This document shows positions 22,101 through 34,607 of a stretch of DNA of 64,000 bases, one piece after another. The notes under the pieces are model-generated. The model did not search any database, was not told the DNA's origin, and saw only the letters and a program-made list of their open reading frames with translations. Position numbers and translations under genes: made by a program. Position 1 is the first letter of the stretch. Each line of letters opens with the position of its first letter. Source of the DNA: Tubulanus polymorphus (taxonomy: Eukaryota > Animalia > Nemertea); the NCBI RefSeq assembly GCF_964204645.1, contig NC_134025.1, forward strand, positions 26,702,299-26,766,298. The letters run 5' to 3'.

Positions 22101-25100
22101 CCAAATCTCCCATGAAGTTGACAGGCAACACAACAGCAATGGAGAACACACATACAATTGCTGTATAGAGTATCAAGTATCGTTGGAAAGACAAATATTG
22201 AACTGCATCTTTACCACTTTTCCGTTGAATATGTTCATCCCTATAAATTTAAGTAACACCGGTATAAGTCAGTATGAAAATCATATTTTATTATATATCA
22301 TCACGACACCGAACGATAAATAGATACAGAATAGATTGAGAAGAAACATTCTTACTTAATTCTGAAGAAAGCTACTATCCACGAACAGAGACCCTGAAAA
22401 GGTGAAGCAGTGTGTCGTTGTTAATGACTCGAAATTACTAATACATCGATAAATAATGCTTTGTATTAAATCTACAACATTTATTGGATTTTCTGTGATA
22501 CTTAGTGACAGTGTGGAAGAATCATTAACTGGATGCTTGTGCAAGCTATTATAGGCTCTTAGCAGATAAAACCGTCACATAAATATTGAGATAGACCAGT
22601 TATTCCTGTGAGAAAGCTTTCTTTGATTCATCGTAGGAGTGACATTTTACCTTATCTTGTAGTCGAATGTTAGTATCTAAAGATTCTTGCGAGCCCACAT
22701 TCACCGTTTGGGGATTTCCACCTTCATGATCTCCAAAAAATAGCTGAGTCCATCTGAAAATATCGTATATACAAATGAATTGTTTCATATACAGACACGA
22801 GTTGTTTTTTGGAAGACGCAACGAAGGTTTTTCTAATAATTAAAATGTTGAATAAATGAACGAGGGAATAGATTTCCAAAGGGAGAAAATTATCATTCAT
22901 GAAAGCGTTTGACAATGGGAACATTAGTCATAACAACCCTTCAGCTATTGGAGATATGGATATTACATGGTAATAAAACCATCACATGCAGCCTTATGTT
23001 CAGTAGTACAATGCACGACAGTATAGTGTCAACAGCAGGAGGCTTCTCGAGACAAAATCATGAACAGAAACAAAAATACATAAACCTCCTCCTTAAAGTG
23101 TTTTTGATAGAATTCATAGATTCTATTGCTCGAGTTGAAGACAAAACACGACATTCATTACAGAGCAATCATTGATTGCTCCCAAACATTCTCAGATTCT
23201 ACCTCATAAACGTATTAGCATTTCACGCACATACACAGGCAATCTGATAGACATTCATCAAGCATCAATCCGCTGATTGGATTGTTTTCAGGCTATCTTC
23301 ATATTATCAAATGCCATCCGTCAATATTATCATTCTTACTAATTGCCTTAATACAGTCAAATTAGAACAGCGCTCGTAGCTGTCATGCTGATATCTGACT
23401 TCAAACCAGACACATCTCGAATTAAATATCTAAGAACTGTCTGAATATGAAAAATACGATGGTCTAGACATTAGTCTCAGCCACTTGATTGAAAAGAGAT
23501 ATTTGAAACTCAGAGGATTTTCACCTGGAGAACCTTGAGCCTTAGATTACAGGAAATATCACTGCTCAAATAAGTTTTACTGAGATGTGTCATCTCAGGA
23601 TCAGTGTATCCGATCTTAGATGGATCATCCTCCCTCTGCAGGGACTCGAACCTGATGGCATCGCTACACTCAGCCACGGCACGAACCCCTGCATCAGTAG
23701 ACCGGGTGCGCAGGTACATGCGCAGCTTTCCGAATGAAAACTGGCGGCACCAATCAGATTGCTCGTTGTATAATCGTTGAGGCAAATTTCAAGGAAGAAC
23801 TATAAATGGGAAAACCCGGGCTAAAATAAAACGGGACTTCTGATTGGCTAAAAATCACATCATCTGAACTGCGCATGTATCTGCGCACACGGTCGATTAT
23901 GGCAGGGCCGTGCCGTGGCAATCTCGATGCCATCAGGTTCGAATCCCTGCCGGGGAGGATGTAGATGGATAGGCCTGTAACGAGATCATGATAAATTCAT
24001 AACAACTACCTGGTAGTTAATAATTTTGAAGTAATAATGAATAATTCAACGAAACAACGAAAATAATACGGATTATTTCAATGAATCACACACGTACTCA
24101 GCGTTATTGAATTTTCATCATTTCGTGTAAACGAACAATTGGTATGAAACACTTCAACGCAAGCAGTGTGCATTTGCCATAATCAATATGCCATAACCGA
24201 ACGTTCTTAACGGTTAGTCGTAACTGTTCAAAAGTCATTTAGCTATTGTGAGTTTACAGCAAATCCACTTAATCCATTCAGTTGGAATAAGGGCAAATTC
24301 AGTCTAGAATCTGAAATATGTCCTATCCATTATCTCAGTAAATTTTAATTGTTAAGGTGTCTAGAATACCAATCTGGATTAAGTAGATTTGATAGCGAAT
24401 GTAAGCAATACCCGGCGAGCATGAAAATTTGATTAAATAGCAGCTCTTGAATCATGCTACGTGAACCCTGAACTAATAGAATGACGCATCTACCATCAGA
24501 GCAATAGCATCACAGAGCAATAGTCAGCCAGCGATAATACCATGTATAGAAAGTCTATGATAGAACCTTTCAGTACAACTAAATAGGATAGCGAAAATTC
24601 CTGTCAGAATAGTCAAATTCCATTTGAAATCACAATGTTTTAGGTGCTTCTGAAAACCCACCATGCATAAAATTACCAGCAGCCTAAACAGACAGAGTGA
24701 TTGCAAATAGTGAGTATGGGAATCTATCACTCTAAGGAATTGAAAAGGAATTCATCATTAATCTAAGCATTTTTTAGTAAACACCTCGAACCCACAACGC
24801 ATCCATGGTTAAAATAAATGATAAACAATTTTTTCATACACATTATATTTTGACGTCCCGTATAACAGACTCCTGAAAAAAGAAATAAGATGGATAGAAA
24901 TTCTAATGTGTCCCAAACTCATTCAACTGGTTCAAACCGTGATAATTCATTGACGTAGCAATAACCAGTAGACGTAACACCTGTTTATGTGTTTGTTGTA
25001 GTAACAGATGTTTTGCTATACCTAGAACTATATACGTGTAAAATAATTGAAATGGCTGGAAACAACTTTAGGATTCATCGTACGCATCAAAATTCCATGA

Positions 25101-26776
25101 GCTATAAATAAATGATCCATAATGATCTCTGCAGATGAAATTCAATATTTGGTAATGATCTATTTCGCTGAATGAATACTACGATAGATCTCTGATAGAT
25201 CTCAGCTCATGCACTTAAGTCAAGTCAATAATTGAATTCAGAGAGCACACTCAGGTGGCTGCGTGTACAAATAATCGGCACGATGCTTGAAGCGCAGCCG
25301 AGCAGTACTGAACCAACAGAAAATCAAACAAACTATGAAAATATAAATCAATATAATGCCAATAAACTGGTGTTAAAAACTGTGGTAATTTCAATGGTAT
25401 TCAAACAGTAAACGGTCTCTAGATATTATAACCATTCCCAGGGTTCAATCCTTAAACAACGTGGTATCAGCCATAACTACTGGTATGGCAATAGAAATAG
25501 ATATTGTAATATTTCATTTGTAACCCAAACCCCGGTAGGCCTACTATTTGCTACATGATGATGATGATGATGATGATCTATTCCTACCTTTCCTCATTTC
25601 GACTGACGAGGGCGATTCGACCGTAATCCCACGCAATCTTACGCAATATCGAAAATCCAAATAGCAAAACCTGAAAGTATGTACAATAAGTTATTATGAC
25701 AAATGACCATGCATAACATATAATCATCATATAAAAAATGAGTTTCAAACAGGATGTTATAATTAATGCCAAACGAAGGACAGCCCAATAAAAAGCATGA
25801 ATGCTTGCTTGATGCATCATTGGATGACACACAGAATCATGGTAAACTGTTTAAATCTTAAATGAATCGATTGCAGTTGAAGGTTTAATTTTTTTATTTT
25901 GCCATTCTATTGGAATGAGGCACAGAAAGCCACATTTCATGAGCCCCCTAAAATTGTCTTCAAGTTGCCCTGTTTTAAGGCCAAGATCGATAAATCTGAA
26001 AACAAACTGACTGCCTTCTTAGGTAGATAATAAATATCAATGTTTTCATCAGGCCAAAATTCAAAAACTGCAATGGATCCACACCCCTCTTTTGGATATA
26101 ACAAAATTCACCATAAAATAAACAGTGAAATATTCCCTTTTTCCCTCCTGAATCTCTTCCCTGGATCTATCCCTGTAGGTTCATTTCGTTGTGCGGTCTT
26201 TTGATTGTATTCGACAGAAATGGGTTGAAAAATTTGATGAATCAGTCGTTTTAATTATCTAAATACATATTATTAAAAGCAAAATTTAAGTAGGCGCAAA
26301 TTCTTCATTCCTGTATAATGGTCAAGGCGTAGGTCAATGGTAGCATTTTGAACTAAATAGCTTAAATTCCGGAACATATGTACCAGTAAATGAAATCAAT
26401 ATCGAAAACAAATTGTTAAACCATCAACAATAACGACGATAATTATTCAATACATCAGGCCTACAGAGAGCTTTCAATGAATATTTAATGTGTACGCCTC
26501 TCACCCGCTATCCAACTGAGCTATACACAAGAAATTGTAAGAGCTCATACCAATTAGGCTTATGAAAAGTTGTTGCATCAATCGAATGTCTTCACTCAGT
26601 GTGAATCGCTTATGGAAACTTACCGTCCATCCAATTACATTGAGTATCAGCGTTTGAGGTATTCCTTCATAACCACCATACAGAATAACCGTTCGATTTT
26701 GTGAATAGTATCGGTCACATTTCACATTAAGCCCCCCTTTAGTAATCGTATGTAATGACGAATTGAATACCGACAT
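16103..26776 (-). CDS. TMEM63: CSC1-like/TMEM63 (OSCA family) mechanosensitive cation channel, more than 20 exons
   Basis: [111 protein letters not shown]. The last exon ends ARDQIF*. Confidence 0.95.
17088..17315. mobile_element. hAT-like MITE with apparent 6-bp TSD
   Basis: TTAATG|CAGGGCTACCAAC ... GTTGGCAGCTCTG|TTAATG. Confidence 0.7.
23626..23961. repeat. Imperfect long inverted repeat (arms about 125-135 bp); each arm carries a Pol III B-box and CCAAT
   Basis: CATCCTCCCTCTGCAGGGACTCGAACCTGATGGCATCG... pairs with ...CGATGCCATCAGGTTCGAATCCCTGCCGGGGAGGATG. The inner ends carry CCAATCAGA and TCTGATTGG. Confidence 0.85.
25555..25577. repeat. (GAT)n microsatellite
   Basis: ATGATGATGATGATGATGATGAT just inside a TMEM63 intron. 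Confidence 0.8.
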
Positions 26777-27438
26777 ATTTAAGCATCAAATCAAATCCAT
26801 CGTCAATAGTCAGCCTAAAAAGTACGATAACCGGTTATTCAATAGCAACATGCTGAAAATAAGAATAACAGGACCACTGTTGTCCCTCTGTCTCTGAATG
26901 AGAATGGGTTTCTAGGTGACCATTTCTAATACAAATAACAGAAAGGCCTAGGCCTACAATCAAAGTTAGAAAGAAGGGAATATGATGAATGAATTAAAAA
27001 AGATTTTGGGGTACCAGGGTATTGAGTGCTCGACTATTATAGGTCTCTTGAATACATGTATTATGTACTGGTATTGAAAGGATACATGATCAATGGGTGA
27101 AATCTACAAGTACTGATGGAGTTAGGTCTAAATAGTTAATATGGCTGTAATTCTGAATGGATGAATATTTTATGTAAATGGTTGAACAGGTTAATACACC
27201 AGAAATGGAAACCAATGTACCATCAACAGAGCATGATGGTTAAATCAATATACACGTAGTAGCTCTCTAGTTTCCTCAATACTTTACCAGTACTCTGCAA
27301 TACAGGCCCTGTAATATAATCAATACGAAAGAGGGCTGTAGTAAATCCATAGGCCTATCCATGAACAAAAATGACATGCATAAGATATTTTCTTATGAAT
27401 TCAGTAGCCAAAAGGGTGGCGAGTGGGAAGCAATTAAT

Positions 27439-27767
27439 TTAGTTAGTTACCTAATCCTTGGTGGTAAGCTTTTTATATAGGATGGGCATGTGGTTTGTGA
27501 AAATATCCTATCGTGAAACTAAACCACAGACAGGTTACTGACTACAAATAATTAAGCCCTAGGCCTAGGCAGTGCATGCGCTCCCCCTACTAGGCTATAA
27601 AATTCCCCTAAAACTGAATTCAAGCAGCAGAAAAAATCTCTGTCTACCGGTACGGTAGGCTAGAAATGTAGGTGATGATACCTAAAAGATTAAGAACAAA
27701 TTCAATGTAGTCTAAAACTAAAGGCCAGTTAGTTAGTTACCTAATCGTTGTTGGTAAGCTTTTTATA
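27439..27767. repeat. Two 39-bp direct repeats 290 bp apart
   Basis: TTAGTTAGTTACCTAATC(C/G)TTG(G/T)TGGTAAGCTTTTTATA at 27439 and 27729. Confidence 0.85.
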
Positions 27768-28849
27768 ATCAGATAGGCTTTACCAACTCACCAAGTTTAT
27801 GGTCTATCAATCAACCCACAGCCATCATCCTTACATCCTTGTCATTACAATATAGACCTCTGTGTACTTTCTGTTTCTGTACGGTAGAGTAATGTAATAA
27901 GCAGGTAAAGTGTCTGTGCTGTCATATAGGTTATATTCGATTGTCCAATCCATAGTCACGATAGTATCTATATATTTTCTTTCAATTTCCAGATAAAATT
28001 TCAAATACTCAGATTAACTAATCATTGAATCTAAATGTATGAGGTGGCCAAAATGTCTTCGAATGAGAATTTTTTTATCATTTCAGTATTATGAACGTAA
28101 GCATGCTATTGGAGAGGTTTAATCGAATATGCTGTTAGTTCTCAATTCCAATTTTAGATGGCAGCACCTCCTTGAAAGGCCTATTATCAGTGATCTACCT
28201 CAGTAAAAAGATTATTATGCACTTCTTGAAAAAATACGTCCAATAAATGAACAAAAATATGATACATAAATCAGTTTTTATTGGATCATAAAAAAACATC
28301 AAAATCCCCTTAATGAAGATCCTGTGAGATCAGAGAAACAATTGATATTCATGCAGAGAATTCTTGGAACGTGCAAAAAAGGACCAATGCCTTTATAGCA
28401 CATAAAATGAGAACACATTATTGTAAAGCATGAGCAATTAATTAGATGTAGAAGATATGACAAAGTTACTCTTGATTAGATATCACAGTTGAGGGTAAAT
28501 ATAGATGGCTTTTGATGCAGAAAATACAACATTGTCTACAAAACTGTCATGATTTTTCAAATACAACAAATTATATAAAAGTTTATTGAAAATATAAATA
28601 AAACAGTATTTCTCAAGACAATTATATCTTATAGATGAACCATTTAAACTATGATAAAACTTATCATTTTGAAACATACAATAAGGTGCAGTGCAATGCT
28701 TTGAAGGTTAAATAGAAAAGTTACCCCAAAAATGTATTATTTGTTGTATACCAGTCATTCATTCATTCTTTCATTCATTAAATGTGTGAAAAATAAATCA
28801 TACAAAAACAATCGTTTCAACTTAATCAATTATTTCAATAGAAACTTTT

Positions 28850-31259
28850 TTAGCCTGAGCTAATATCCATATGGTAGGCATCATACCACAATTCTCCTGA
28901 TTTCTTCAAAGATCTGAACAGAAAACATGAAATACAATAATGAACATTGTTGATACATGAATATCAATTTCGAATACAATTTAATTAATGATTCAACTCA
29001 CCTAACAATATCACTGAAAGCTGTGAAAAGTGACTTGCTTTGATAATCCAGATTGTGCTTGTGACAAATCGATTTGACTAGAGGTTGTATCTTATGATAA
29101 TTGTGCCTCGGCATTGTGGGAAATAAACTGAATTAAAACAAATATTCAACATAAGACGAGATCACAATAATGAAATAAACATAAGCAGTTAATGCTGTTG
29201 TGAAATTCTCTAATCTATATGATAGAATTGGGCTATGAAGAATACTTACTGGTGCTCGATCTGAAAGTTAAGATGTCCGGTAAACCAATCATTGAACAAA
29301 CCAGGATCGACATTACAAGTTGATTTGAGCTGAAGCGTTAACCATTCTCTGTTTGTATCTTTGTCGATATCCATTGGTATATGATTCATCTGTGTCACCC
29401 AGACAAACCAATTACTCTCTAAAGTTCTACAAATTGACCGGTACAACCAATTCATAAGTTTTTTATCATTTCAATTGACTAGTGGAGATAGTATGTCACT
29501 TCTAAAAGGATAACTCACCGAAACAGCATGTAGAACCAGAAAGCTCCCCATCCACCCATCAGAGGACCATACATGGAGAAATGTTTCACAAAGAAAGACA
29601 TCATCCACATAAAATCCTATACAAAAGATATAAACCAGACAAACTTGAATGACTCATGACCTATTTAGATGCACCCAACAGGGGTGAATGTCAAAAAATC
29701 TTAGTACTAACCCACAAATTTTTCCTTTTCCAGATGAAGAAAAGATTTTCATAATGAAAATAGACAGGCAGTAGAAGTGGTGGTCCCACTAAAATACAGG
29801 AATTACATATGACACAATGAAACAAACTGATATAGGCTTAGGTCATTACTGGTACTCACATCCAAAGAAGTATTCATGTTGCCGTTGATAAGGCATAAAT
29901 CCTTTTTTCTTCTTAGCCCAATTAATTGGCATTTTATCTCCAAGAAGGAACATATAGGGTATATTTATATCAGGATCTTTACTCATCACATTAGGTTTTG
30001 CATGATGTTGAAAATGACGGAAATTCCACCAGTGAGAAGATGCTCCCTAAAATAACATTGAATCATAATCTATTGGTAACAAAAGCAGTAAGCAGACAAT
30101 ACTGCAAGATTTCATGTATAACAAACCTTCAATGTCCCTATTACAAACTCATGAGCTAGATGATTAAGTTTAGAACTAGGAAACACACTTAGGTGCCCAT
30201 AATCATGCTGAGACCAACCAGCTTGCGCCTACAAAACAATTTAAATACATTTACCATGATAAGCCATTTATTTACAACATAGAACCAATAAACCAATGCT
30301 CAAGGTAAGAACAAAAAGAAGGGAAAGCATAATTTTTTAGATAAATCATTTGTTTTTCAAATGTTTGTTACTGACCTGAACAACAGTGAGTAGAAGAGCG
30401 GCAGAAATATAAGGGAACCAGCTGGTACCATACCAGACTATAATTGCATAGGCTAGCAGTTCTAACAATAATATATGGACTATATGTAATAAATAGAACC
30501 AGATATTTGTTTTGAAAAGTTGCATTTCTTCAGCAGTTTTACGTAGTTCTCTAAAATCTTGGCTTATTTCAGACTGAAAAAAGATAGAGAGTGTATAAAG
30601 AAATAAGAATGAATTTCAATGTATCACATTAAAGATAAGATTTAATCTTAATTTTACCTCAGGTTCAGTCTCTTTCAGTTCACCTATCAGAAGACTTTTG
30701 AGGAATTTTTTCACATGATCCTTGTCATCGTGGAATGCAATCCAGGCAGCCTGTGAGGAGGAAAATCAAGAGAACATCATCAATGTGATTTACTGGCACA
30801 AGTGCGTATATCAGCTAACCCTAGGCTTGGTGCAATTAGGCCTATAATGACGAATGATTAAACTGAGCCGGGCATCTCCCAAACTAGTCTGAATACCAGT
30901 CGTTGTTTCCAGTTCCCTACAACCTTTTGTTGTTGTGATGCAGAACGACGGCTAATTAGGTACTAGATCACTCCCAAACCAACACTTCCAATTTAATTCC
31001 CAAAATTGAAGTGTCAAAATGGTCTATTGATTGACATCAGGATTCCACATAAAAAAATTACCGTGGCATCTTCTCCAGCATAATGACTGATAATTCTAGC
31101 ACCTCCAGGGTGTTTTTTACACCACTTTGAAATATCATAAACCTTGCGGTCAATTATCAGCCACTTGTCACCTTCGCTGTTGTGTTTGCTGATCTCATTT
31201 CGGTCATAAAGCGGTAGGTTCCTTGATGCAGAACCATTTACCGCATTTTCCATCTTCAT
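28850..31259 (-). CDS. Front-end fatty acyl desaturase (FADS1/2-like, delta-5/delta-6 type) with cytochrome b5 domain
   Basis: Cytochrome b5 motif KHPGG; His boxes HDYGH, HFQHH and QIEHH; [13 protein letters not shown]; [15 protein letters not shown]|[11 protein letters not shown]. Confidence 0.95.
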
Positions 31260-31320
31260 AAAGGTGTTTATCGGATAGAGGTGAACATTAAACTGGACTT
31301 TCTTTCCTGGATGACAATAT

Positions 31321-31371
31321 ATTCAATTCAATTCAAGTTTAATTTAAGCAATTGAATTGAATTGAATTCAA
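31321..31371. repeat. Inverted (TTCAA)n/(TTGAA)n pentamer array in the divergent FADS/DYNC2LI1 intergenic region
   Basis: ATTCAATTCAATTCAAG...CAATTGAATTGAATTGAATTCAAT. Confidence 0.6.
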
Positions 31372-31510
31372 TAATCAACATCCCGCACTTTTAACGTTCA
31401 ACATTCTACCGTGTAAACATTCTTTACTTGTCAAGTTAAAAATCATCATTAAAAACTAATTTACTAACAATCCGGGTGATATCTCATCACCAGTGTTTTC
31501 CAAGATTAAG

Positions 31511-34024
31511 ATGTCATCGAAAGGGTAAGTGTGAATACGACTGATCTTTATCCCTGAGTGCACTATCAGTGAAATAGAATCTAAAAAGGATCAAATTCAA
31601 TTCAATTTAGAATATTTCATTGCTGAACGAATGACGTTTCCGTCCATTTCAGTGATACCTTGTGGGAAATTGCAATTTCAAAGAGTAAAACAAATGCAGG
31701 TAAATAGAAGACATGCAGATATATATTGAATCATTTAATTCACTGGATTGTGGTGTGGTGGACTATTATAGTATTGGTCTTAGTTAAAGTTTGTGTCTAC
31801 TCTAGTTGCTTTTTGTTTCTAAATTCTAATTCTAAAGATTTTCTTTTTCATTTAGTGAAAGATTCAAGTTCAGCTGAAGAATCGCTATCGAAAAAGGCAA
31901 ACAACAGATCATCTGATGAAGCCTCGGTCCTTGTCACTGGTAGTAAAAACTCAGTATGTTGCTAATGACACCTTAAAACATACTCTGTAGATCTCAAAGT
32001 TCTCGCTTTTCTCAAACTTCATTGATATTTGATTTGTCATTTCAGGGAAAAACTTCAATCATTTTGCGATTCCTAGATCGGTATGTCGGCCATTTTCTTC
32101 AATTAGTTGAATTTTTTTCCCAAATTTATTCGATTCCTGAAATCTATGTTTTTTTTAATGCATCAGAGATGAAGCTCCCAAACCAACTACATCGTTAGAG
32201 TATACATTTGGAAGAAGAGCAAAGGGACACAACATGGTAATTATAGTCATTGAAACTACTGGAGTTGTGTTGAATTTTAAAGCTTACTTTTCTAAAATTT
32301 TCATCCATTTAAAGCTTCAAATGTATTCAATTCATTTTAGGCTAAAGATGTTGGCCATATTTGGGAATTAGGGGGAGGTATTTGGCTATCCAGACTCATT
32401 GACATCCCTATCAATGCAAATACAATCAAGTAAGTATGATTCATTTTTGATATGACTTAAGGTTATACTGCTAAAAGAGGTTCTACTTTATATCGTATTG
32501 AATAATTTTAGGAGCATATCTCTGGTGTTAGTGCTGGATCTTTCATTGCCGAATGAGTTGTGGATAACGCTGGAAAAATTGCTACAAAGCGCTAAATCTC
32601 GTATAAATGAGATTTTATCAGAAACGAAAGGAATGAATATCAAAGATGAGCTGAAACGACGGGCACTAGAACGAGTTGGTGAAGATCATCCTGTATGTAA
32701 CCAAGATAGTATCTAATCCCACTATACTTGACTATACTATACTATACTATACTATACTGTGTAGTAGGCATACTGTCTGAAATTTACTGATTAAGAGAAT
32801 GATACACAAACAATAAATTAACTTAACTTTTGCTGCTTTGTCTAGGTTGTACCAGTATGTCAAAATAACTAACAACACCTGAAATTGTTCCTTTTTCTCA
32901 TTCAAAGAAAGAATCTCATTTTGTAGATTTCTGTTCAATTGCAATATGAGGTTCGTTCATTATTTGTAGGATAGAGATTTGATGGATTTGTTTCCAATTC
33001 CTTTGGTCATCATCGGCAGTAAATATGATTTATTCCAGGTAATGTGAATATTTCATTCAGTACAATGAATTTTTCACCAATTGAAAAATATATGGTAAAG
33101 TGTTATATGTACATATTGATTTGAAATTGTAGAATTTTGACCCTGAAAAGAGGAAGGTGATCTGTAAAACATTGCGATTCATAGCCCATTCTAAAGGTGC
33201 TACATTACAGGTAAAAATTGTAAACTTAATCTGGCCGATTTGTGTTGGACACAATTTGCTAGATTCACAACCATTTGGTTCGTATATTTTCAGTTTTGTA
33301 GCTCAAAACAGGAATCCCTCTTAAATAAATCAAGGACTTTAATCACTCATTTAGTGTTCGGTACAGCAGCCAGGTATGAAAGTAATTTAGTTACCTTTCA
33401 CACATTAAGTTTACTTTGTCTCCCACTGTATAATTTTTTTTTCGTTGGTTTTTCAGTAAAACTTTACAAGTGGACCACAACAAGCCTCTGATGATACCAG
33501 CTGGAGCTGACTCTTTACAACAAATAGGTGAGAACTTAGAAAATTATCATTCTGGCTAGTACTATGAGGTGGTTTTACAAATTTTACAAATATCATTCAG
33601 GTAGTCCACCACTCCCTGAAGGTGACTTGGGAAGGCTGAATGCTCGAAGTCCTCTTGATCTATGGAAACATGCTTTTACTTCGTCATTCCCACAAGAGGT
33701 ACACATCTGATCTTTGATTTAAACCGTCATAAAACAGTAGTTCATAATGTAAATTGGTTCATACTTCATTAGGAGTCGAGTAATCCAGCAAATGTGGAAG
33801 ATCCTGCTAAAGACCCTCAATATGCTGAAATTGCTGTTGACAATATGAGAGCGCAGAAAAACGAGGTATTGAAACAAATTTTTTTCTAAAAAATATGTGA
33901 AATGAAATTAGCTGTAATGTTAATAGCTGTATTTATTTTCTTAAAGGAACTTGAACGCTATAGAAAAATGTGTGAAAGGAGAGCAAGAGAAACAGCACAG
34001 ATTGGATACTCAGATGGGTTCTGA
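31511..34024 (+). CDS. DYNC2LI1: Cytoplasmic dynein 2 light intermediate chain 1
   Basis: MSSKG|DTLWEIA.., GSKNS|[12 protein letters not shown]|[93 protein letters not shown]. Confidence 0.93.
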
Positions 34025-34607
34025 GTCTGAGTGCACAGTCTTCAGTTATATCCGTCCTTTTTTGTAAATTCACCGAGATTTTTTGTTAGATTTACCAAAC
34101 ATGAATTAGAAACTCTTTGTTTCATGTACAAACAATGTCATATATAGAAAATAAATTAGAATATCACTGTTAAATCTGACTTTGTAATCATTTTCATCTC
34201 AATTTCTACTGAGTGAATTTGTGACGTAAAGGAGCTGCAGAATTTTCCATAAAATTTTTCTATCCTCGACTTCATAACTAGATTTTCAGCTTTGGTTATT
34301 GTGGGAAAATGGATGATTATTGTCCCCATGACATACAATGGGACATGTAGGACAATAATATTCATGTTCCAGGAGGTGGCGACACCTGTCGAACAATAGG
34401 TGAATCTCATTGTAAATGTATCTTCGCGTTTTTTGATAATGCGCCAACAGGTACGACACAAAAAGCATCCGATAGCTTAACGAGCACGTTAATACGATTA
34501 TACAGTTGATCTGCTAGTGTTTTAAATGTTGCACGCGCGCTGTGAAGCTTGCTGAAGCGAATAATCGACAATTTTTATGAACAATTTTCATCCTTTTCCA
34601 AATAAAA

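Noticed and set aside
27077-27087. GTATCCTTTC on the minus strand as a further U12 donor
   Set aside because: No associated exon or matching U12 branch point was found.
31321-31371. Heat-shock element
   Set aside because: GAA/TTC spacing does not fit nGAAnnTTCn; it is a simple pentamer repeat.
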